From an uncultured delta proteobacterium (GTDB taxonomy: Bacteria; Myxococcota; Myxococcia; SLRQ01), in NCBI GenBank assembly GCA_963727485.1, contig CAVSGM010000002.1, positions 128,001-192,000 on the forward strand: a stretch of 64,000 bases of DNA, in the 5' to 3' direction. Positions 58,213 to 64,000 of this stretch are shown one piece after another. A program made the position numbers and the translations under genes. The notes under the pieces were generated by a model. That model had not been told where the DNA came from, did not search any database, and was given only the letters and a program-made list of their open reading frames with translations. The stretch's first letter is position 1. Each line of letters starts with the position of its first letter.

Positions 58213-58851
58213 CTACTTGCCCGCGTCGTCCGACGAGGCCTTGGTCCACTTGTCGACCTTGCCGTCGCCGTCGAGGTCCTGGCCGATGCGGTCGAGGTGG
58301 CCGTTCTCGTAGTACTCGTAGTAGTCGACCTTGCCGTCGCCGTTGGTGTCGCGCTCGACGCGCACCAGCTGCCCGTTCTCGTAGAACTTCCAGAGATCGG
58401 GCTTGCCGTCGAAGTTGAGGTCGGACTCCTTGCGGATGAGGTGGCCCTGCTCGTCGTAGAAGTTGGTCACGTCGACCCGGCCGTCGAAGTCGAGGTCGAA
58501 GGACTCCTTCCGCAGGTGCTCCTTGGCGTCGTAGTAGCGCCAGATGTCGATGCGCCCGTCGAAGTTGATGTCCATGTCCTTGCGGACGATGCGCTCGGTG
58601 CCCTTCTCGCCCTTGACGTAGTGGACGAAGACGTCGGGCTTGCCGTCGTGGTTGAGGTCGAAGGTCTTGACCTTGTCGCCGGCGTCCTTGGCGGGCTTGC
58701 CCCGGTCGCCGGGGCCGGTGTTGGCGGCGGCCTCGGCCTTGGCGGCGGCGTCGGGGCCCGCGCCGTCTGGCTTCTGGGGCCCGCCACAGCCAGTGGCCAG
58801 GGGCAGGAGGAGGGCGAGAACGAAACCCAGGGGCCGCGCGGTCCGGATCAT
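58213..58851 (-). CDS. lipoprotein with six Dx(N/D)xDGxxD repeats (putative Ca2+-binding)
   Basis: Lipobox LATGC; DLNHDGKPD, DINFDGRID, DLDFDGRVD, DLNFDGKPD, DTNGDGKVD and DLDGDGKVD. Confidence 0.85.
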   Translation of the reverse strand: MIRTARPLGFVLALLLPLATGCGGPQKPDGAGPDAAAKAEAAANTGPGDRGKPAKDAGDKVKTFDLNHDGKPDVFVHYVKGEKGTERIVRKDMDINFDGRIDIWRYYDAKEHLRKESFDLDFDGRVDVTNFYDEQGHLIRKESDLNFDGKPDLWKFYENGQLVRVERDTNGDGKVDYYEYYENGHLDRIGQDLDGDGKVDKWTKASSDDAGK

Positions 58852-58931
58852 CGTGAGGGAGTATCCGCCCGGCCCTTCGGGAGGGTCAAGGGCCGCCCGG
58901 GGCGCCCCCCCCCGAGGCGCCGGGGCCGGGG

Positions 58932-58959
58932 TTGACGTATACATATGGTCATGTAGCTT
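58932..58959 (+). promoter_or_regulatory. putative sigma70 promoter of the RHH-epimerase operon
   Basis: TTGACG, a 16-bp AT-rich spacer, then TAGCTT, within very GC-rich flanks. Confidence 0.5.
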
Positions 58960-58988
58960 CGCGCTCCTGCCTGCCCGGAGAGGCGACC

Positions 58989-59195
58989 ATGGCCCGGAAG
59001 AAGATCAGCACCACCGTCTACATCACCCCCGAGCAGAACGAGAAGCTCAAGCTGCTCAACGAGAAGACCAAGGTCCCGGTGGCGGAGTACATCCGCCAGG
59101 GCATCGACCTGGTCCTCGAGCGCCACAAGGACGCCCTCCCAGGTCAGCTCTCCTTCGAGGATCGTCTCCGGGTGCGCGAGGGCGAGGAGAGGTAA
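58989..59195 (+). CDS. ribbon-helix-helix DNA-binding protein
   Basis: KISTTVYIT strand followed by two helices (VAEYIRQGIDLVL); GGAGAGG RBS. Confidence 0.85.
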   Translation: MARKKISTTVYITPEQNEKLKLLNEKTKVPVAEYIRQGIDLVLERHKDALPGQLSFEDRLRVREGEER

Positions 59196-59198
59196 CCC

Positions 59199-60128
59199 AT
59201 GCGCATCGTCGTCTCCGGCGGGGCGGGCTTCATCGGCTCGCACCTCACAGGCGCCCTCGTCGACCGGGGGCACGAGGTCACCGTCCTCGACAATCTCTCC
59301 AACGGCAAGCGGGAGCAGGTCCCCGCGGGCGCCGAGCTGGTGGTCGCCGACATCCGCAGCCCCGAGGCCGCCGCGGCGGTGGAGCGGGTGAAGCCCGAGG
59401 TACTCTTCCACCTCGCCGCCCAGATGGACGTCCGGCGCTCAGTGGCCGATCCCGTCTTCGACGCCGACGTGAACGTGAAGGGCACCCTGAACCTCCTGGA
59501 GGCCGCGGTGCGCGCCGGGACCCGCCGCGTGATCTTCGCCTCCACCGGCGGCGCCATCTACGGCGAGCAGGACGTCTTCCCGGCCACCGAGCGCCACCCC
59601 CACCGGCCGGTGAGCCCCTACGGGTGCTCCAAGGCCGCGGTGGAGACCTACCTCGGCTACTACCGGGCCGAGCACGGGCTCTCCTCGGTGGCGCTGCGCT
59701 TCGCCAACGTCTACGGGCCGAGGCAGGACCCCCACGGCGAGGCGGGCGTGGTGGCGATCTTCTGCGGGCGGCTCCTCGACGGCGAGACCTGCACCATCTT
59801 CGGCGACGGGGGCCAGACCCGGGACTACGTGTTCGTGGGCGACGTGGTGGCGGCGAACCTCGCGGCGCTGGACGCCGACGACCCGCCGGTGGCGGTGAAC
59901 GTGGGCACGGGCATCGAGACCGACGTGAACGCGCTCTACGCGCGGCTGGCCGAGGCCGCCGGGTCGGACGCCGAGGCCGAGCACGCCCCTGCGCGCCCCG
60001 GAGAGCAGCGGCGGTCGGTGATCGATCCGGGGCTGGGCAAGCAGGCCCTGGGCTGGAAGCCCGAGGTGAAGCTCGCCGACGGCCTCGCCCGGACCTTCGA
60101 GTGGTTCAAGGCGCAGGCTGCGGGGTAG
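59199..60128 (+). CDS. NAD-dependent epimerase (UDP-glucose 4-epimerase-like)
   Basis: GGAGFIGS, HLAAQ, STGGAIYG, YGCSK, NVYGPRQ and RDYVFV. Confidence 0.93.
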   Translation: MRIVVSGGAGFIGSHLTGALVDRGHEVTVLDNLSNGKREQVPAGAELVVADIRSPEAAAAVERVKPEVLFHLAAQMDVRRSVADPVFDADVNVKGTLNLLEAAVRAGTRRVIFASTGGAIYGEQDVFPATERHPHRPVSPYGCSKAAVETYLGYYRAEHGLSSVALRFANVYGPRQDPHGEAGVVAIFCGRLLDGETCTIFGDGGQTRDYVFVGDVVAANLAALDADDPPVAVNVGTGIETDVNALYARLAEAAGSDAEAEHAPARPGEQRRSVIDPGLGKQALGWKPEVKLADGLARTFEWFKAQAAG

Positions 60129-60156
60129 GGCGCGCCCGGGACACCTGGCGCCCGGG

Positions 60157-60912
60157 TCACTGCCCGGTGTCCGCCTCGATCATCTGGTTCATGCGCCAGC
60201 CGAGGCGCTGGCGCTGCGCCTTGGTGAGGTCCTTGGACATCCCCCTGGGGCAGACGGCGTAGGCGTAGTGGATGGTGGGGCCGGTGTCGTGGGGGTCCAC
60301 GAACATGGCGCGGTCACACGGCTCCCAGCCGTCGGTCTCCAGCGCCGCCTTCTGCAGGGCCATGTTGGCCTGGTTCAGGACGCCTTGGTCGTTCCGGGAC
60401 ACCGCGCCGTAGACGAAGCAGGGGAACTCGGTGCAGTCCACGCTGGTGATCTCGCCGCCCCCCGCGCCGTCGAAGAGCGCCTGGACCTGCTTGCGGGCGT
60501 ACTTCGGGTCCCGGAACCTTCCCGGCGTCCCAGGCGGAGGCTTCACCGGCGTCCCCTCGTCCTCGGCCTGGACCGCCTTGGCCTCGGCGAGCTTCCAGGT
60601 GGTGTCGTGGAGCTGCTGGCCGGCCTTCCCGGCGCGGGCTTCGACGTCGGCGAGGGCCTGCCGGCAGGCGCGGAGGGCCTCGGCGTCGCCGGGATCCGCC
60701 GGCGGGGGAGCGTCCGCGGCGGGCCTTGAGGCCGCGGTCGGCCGGGGTGTGGGCGCGGCTGCGACAGGTCTGGTCGTCGGAGCGGGGGCGGGGGTGGCCG
60801 CCTGGGCGGCTCTCCGAGGTGGGCCCCCTCCGAGGGCAAGGACCACGAGCGCCCCGGCCACGCCCCCGAGGACGGCGCCGGCGGCGAACCCTCTCTTCGC
60901 GTTCCCATTCAT
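60157..60912 (-). CDS. membrane-anchored hypothetical protein (paralogue B)
   Basis: N-terminal TM, Pro/Ala linker, coiled coil and ITSVDCTEFPC; clearly similar to the neighbouring gene. Confidence 0.8.
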   Translation of the reverse strand: MNGNAKRGFAAGAVLGGVAGALVVLALGGGPPRRAAQAATPAPAPTTRPVAAAPTPRPTAASRPAADAPPPADPGDAEALRACRQALADVEARAGKAGQQLHDTTWKLAEAKAVQAEDEGTPVKPPPGTPGRFRDPKYARKQVQALFDGAGGGEITSVDCTEFPCFVYGAVSRNDQGVLNQANMALQKAALETDGWEPCDRAMFVDPHDTGPTIHYAYAVCPRGMSKDLTKAQRQRLGWRMNQMIEADTGQ

Positions 60913-60916
60913 GTGG

Positions 60917-61657
60917 TCACTGCCCCAGGTTGGCCTTCAGCATCTCGTGGATGCGCCAGCTGACCCGCTGCTTCTCCGAGCTCGTCATGCCCTGGAAGTA
61001 CCCCTTGGGGCAGATGCCATACGCGTAGTGGGCGGTTGGCCTCTTCTCGCGGCCGCTGATCCACTCGCCGAGGCCACAGAGCCCCCACCCGTCGGTGTCC
61101 ATCGCTGCCCTGGCCAGGGCCCGGATCGTCTTCTCCCTCGCGCGGGACGTGTCACGAGAGACGTCGCCGTAGACCAGGCAGGGGAACTCGGTGCAGTCCA
61201 CCGAGGTGATCTGGCCGCCGCCCACGCCGTCAAAGAGGGCCTTGACCGCCTTCCGGGCGTACTTGGGATCCTTGAACCGCGCCGGCATGTCCGGCGGCGG
61301 CTTGGGCGGCGTCCCCTCGTCCTCGGCCTGGATCGCCTTGGCCTCGGCCAGCTTGCCGCTCGCCTGGTGGAGCTGCCCGTTGGCCTCGCCGGCCCGGGCC
61401 TCCGCGACCGCGAGGGCTTGCTGGCAGGCCCGGAGGGCGGCGTGCCGGTCCGGTTGGGCCGCGGGCTGCACGGCCACCGCGGGCTGGGCCGCCGAGGCAG
61501 GGTGGGGCGCCGGCGTCGCCGCGATCGGGGGCTTCGCGGCCACCGCGGGGCCGCCTCCCCGTGGCGCGCCCCCGACGAGGGCCCAGGCTACCAGCGCCCC
61601 GGCCGCCGCCCCGACGGCGGCCCCCAGGACGAACCCACCCTTCGTGGTCCCGGCCAT
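60917..61657 (-). CDS. membrane-anchored hypothetical protein (paralogue A)
   Basis: Shares ALRACxQALA, KLAEAKAxQAEDEGTP, FxDPKYARK and ITSVDCTEFPC with paralogue B. Confidence 0.8.
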   Translation of the reverse strand: MAGTTKGGFVLGAAVGAAAGALVAWALVGGAPRGGGPAVAAKPPIAATPAPHPASAAQPAVAVQPAAQPDRHAALRACQQALAVAEARAGEANGQLHQASGKLAEAKAIQAEDEGTPPKPPPDMPARFKDPKYARKAVKALFDGVGGGQITSVDCTEFPCLVYGDVSRDTSRAREKTIRALARAAMDTDGWGLCGLGEWISGREKRPTAHYAYGICPKGYFQGMTSSEKQRVSWRIHEMLKANLGQ

Positions 61658-61781
61658 GCACGGGAGAATACCCCCGGGGACCTACGGGGTATAGCCCCTC
61701 CGCGACCCGCCCCAACCGCCCACCGCCACCCCAGCCCGGCCTTTCCGGCCCCCCCGCCTTCGTGATACCTCGCCGAGACCC

Positions 61782-63590
61782 ATGGCCGCCCGCCAGACCC
61801 ACATCCGGAACTTCGCCATCGTGGCCCACATCGACCACGGCAAGTCGACCCTCGCCGACCGGCTGCTGGAGCTCACCGGGACCATCACCGACCGGGAGAA
61901 GCAGAACCAGCTCCTCGACACCATGGACCTGGAGCGGGAGCGGGGGATCACCATCAAGGCCAACGCGGTGCGCATGTCGTACCAGGCCAAGGACGGCGAG
62001 ACCTACCTCCTGAACCTCATCGACACCCCGGGGCACGTGGACTTCGCCTACGAGGTGTCGCGGAGCCTCGCCGCCTGCGAGGGGGCGGTGCTCGTCGTCG
62101 ACGCCACCCAGGGCGTCGAGGCCCAGACCCTCGCCAACGCCTACCTCGCCGCCGACGCGGATCTCGAGCTGGTCCCGGTCATCAACAAGATCGACCTCCC
62201 GGCGGCGGACGTGGACTCGGCCCGGGCGGAGATCGAGGAGGTGGTGGGCATCGACGCCCACGACGCCCCGGCGGTCTCGGCCAAGGAGGGCACCAACGTC
62301 GGCGACGTCCTCGAGGCGGTGGTCCACATGGTGCCCCCGCCCAAGGGCGACCCCGACGCGCCCCTCAAGGCCCTCATCTTCGACTCCTGGTTCGACAGCT
62401 ACCGGGGGGTCATCTGCCTGGTGCGCGTGTTCGAGGGCACCCTGAAGAAGGGCGACACCATCCGCCTCTGGTCCAACGGCGAGACCTTCGAGGTCCAGGA
62501 CCTGGCGGTGAAGGTGCCGTGGCCGAGGCCCATCGGCGAGCTCGGCGCCGGGGACGTGGGCCTGGTGATCGCCGGGATCAAGGACGTCCGCGACGCCAAG
62601 GTCGGCGACACCATGACCCTCGACGCGCGCCCCTGTGACCAGGCGTACCCGGGCTTCAAGGAGGTCCGCCCCATGGTCTTCTCCGGGATCTACCCGGTGG
62701 ACTCGGCGGACTACGAGGACCTGCGCGACGCCCTGGAGAAGCTCTTCCTCAACGACTCCAGCTTCACCTACGAGCCCGAGGTCTCCGAGGCCCTCGGCTT
62801 CGGCTTCCGCTGCGGGTTCCTGGGCCTGCTCCACATGGAGATCGTCCAGGAGCGCCTGGAGCGCGAGTTCGGCCTCGCCCTCATCACCACCGCCCCCAGC
62901 GTGGTCTACCGGGTGCACCTCAAGACCGGCGAGGAGCTGGTCATCGACAACCCGGCGCGCCTCCCGGCGGCGGGAGACGTCGAGACCATCGAGGAGCCGA
63001 CGATCAACGCCCACATCCACGTGCCCCAGGAGTACGTGGGCTCGGTGATCAAGCTCTGCGAGGATCGCCGGGGGGTGCAGATGGGCATCAGCTACCCCTC
63101 GGTGCGCCACGTGCAGGTCGACTACCGCCTGCCGCTCGCCGAGGTGGTCCTCGACTTCTACGACCGCCTCAAGACCGTGAGCCGGGGCTACGCGTCCCTG
63201 GACTACGAGCCGGCGGAGTACCAGGCGGCGGACCTGGTGCGCCTCGACCTGCTCATCAACGGCGACCCGGTGGACGCCCTCTCGCTCATCGCCCACCGGG
63301 ACCGGGCCTTCAACCGGGGACGCGATCTCTGCGTGAAGATGAAGGAGGTCATCCCCCGGCAGATGTTCGACGTGGCCATCCAGGCCGCGCTGGGCACCCG
63401 GGTCGTGGCCCGGACCACGGTGAAGGCCTACCGGAAGAACGTCACCGCCAAGTGCTACGGCGGGGACATCAGCCGCAAGCGCAAGCTCCTGGAAAAACAG
63501 AAGGAAGGCAAGCGGCGGATGAAGCAGGTGGGCTCCGTGGAGATCCCCCAGGAGGCCTTCCTCGCCGTCCTCAAGATCGGCGAGGACTAG
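61782..63590 (+). CDS. lepA: translation elongation factor 4
   Basis: [43 protein letters not shown] and [14 protein letters not shown]. Confidence 0.98.
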   Translation: MAARQTHIRNFAIVAHIDHGKSTLADRLLELTGTITDREKQNQLLDTMDLERERGITIKANAVRMSYQAKDGETYLLNLIDTPGHVDFAYEVSRSLAACEGAVLVVDATQGVEAQTLANAYLAADADLELVPVINKIDLPAADVDSARAEIEEVVGIDAHDAPAVSAKEGTNVGDVLEAVVHMVPPPKGDPDAPLKALIFDSWFDSYRGVICLVRVFEGTLKKGDTIRLWSNGETFEVQDLAVKVPWPRPIGELGAGDVGLVIAGIKDVRDAKVGDTMTLDARPCDQAYPGFKEVRPMVFSGIYPVDSADYEDLRDALEKLFLNDSSFTYEPEVSEALGFGFRCGFLGLLHMEIVQERLEREFGLALITTAPSVVYRVHLKTGEELVIDNPARLPAAGDVETIEEPTINAHIHVPQEYVGSVIKLCEDRRGVQMGISYPSVRHVQVDYRLPLAEVVLDFYDRLKTVSRGYASLDYEPAEYQAADLVRLDLLINGDPVDALSLIAHRDRAFNRGRDLCVKMKEVIPRQMFDVAIQAALGTRVVARTTVKAYRKNVTAKCYGGDISRKRKLLEKQKEGKRRMKQVGSVEIPQEAFLAVLKIGED

Positions 63591-63652
63591 GGGCCCGGCG
63601 CGCCTCTGGGCTCCGTTGACGCTGCGCCCTGCGGGGGGTTAGAACCGGCGGG

Positions 63653-64000
63653 ATGGTCTTTCACCACGCCCGCCTTCGTCGACCCGATCCCCGCCAGGCG
63701 GGCAAGGTCAAGTTCCTCACCATCGTGCTCCTCGCGGCCGTGGTCGCCGGGGGCTACTTCCTCTACGTGTGGGGGCCGCTCGAGCTCGACAACTTCGACG
63801 TCAAAAAGTACTGCGAGCAGGCCCTCAACCAGACTTGGCGGTACAAGGACACCGATCACCCCCGGGCCAAGTTCCTCTCCCTGGTCGGGCGCATGGGCAC
63901 CCACCCCGAAGATCAGGGCGGCGAGACCGTGCAGGTGCCGAACATCAACCCCGACCCGGAAGACATGACCGTGCAGATCGACCAGTCGGTGACGCCTGCG
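63653..64000 (+). CDS. membrane-anchored hypothetical protein, 3'-truncated by the window edge
   Basis: Open frame MVFHHARLRRPDPRQAGKVKFLTIVLLAAVVAGGYFLYVWGP.. continues to the end of the window; absent from the ORF track because it has no stop. Confidence 0.7.
   Translation, partial: MVFHHARLRRPDPRQAGKVKFLTIVLLAAVVAGGYFLYVWGPLELDNFDVKKYCEQALNQTWRYKDTDHPRAKFLSLVGRMGTHPEDQGGETVQVPNINPDPEDMTVQIDQSVTPA

Noticed and set aside
1..64000. Selenoprotein genes with in-frame UGA in this window
   Set aside because: Candidates such as the OsmC protein and the cytochromes use Cys, and I noticed no gene whose domain clearly continues past a TGA. This was not an exhaustive search.

Overview
A very GC-rich, gene-dense chromosomal window, most likely from a Myxococcota (myxobacteria-like deltaproteobacterium); the taxonomy is inferred from gene style (PEGA-type Ser/Thr kinases, a TPR-bearing TonB receptor, an AgmX/TonB-C-like domain, a DUF6066-like protein). 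From left to right it holds: nnr (partial) and tsaE; a complete Wsp/ACF-type chemosensory operon (cheW-cheR/TPR-cheW-mcp-cheA/REC-cheB-cheY) facing a divergent Hpt-REC-GGDEF cyclase; hutU-hutI followed by an Ntn amidotransferase, a hotdog protein and an OsmC protein; NUDIX, ftsH, a stand-alone sigma70 region-1.1-like protein, PilZ and tRNA-Thr(CGT); htpX and a GluR0-like channel; a kinase/TonB-receptor/lipoprotein operon; a solo Cas4/AddB-like nuclease; a lower-GC hipBA island with four operator-like boxes; WS/DGAT, an ABC exporter and tRNA-Sec(UCA); a nonaheme lipoprotein cytochrome behind a sigma54-type promoter; DUF4236, a rhomboid protease, an amidohydrolase, a second diguanylate cyclase, a pseudokinase, a 5'-nucleotidase, an RHH-epimerase pair, two tandem paralogues, and lepA. 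The strongest cross-cutting signal is that six separate genes are each broken by one extra base at a GATTC/GAATC, and restoring GATC repairs the frame in all six. This points to a motif-specific base-calling error and possibly to DNA modification at GATC. I saw no CRISPR array, integrase or transposase. All family assignments come from motif recognition by eye, not from database searches.
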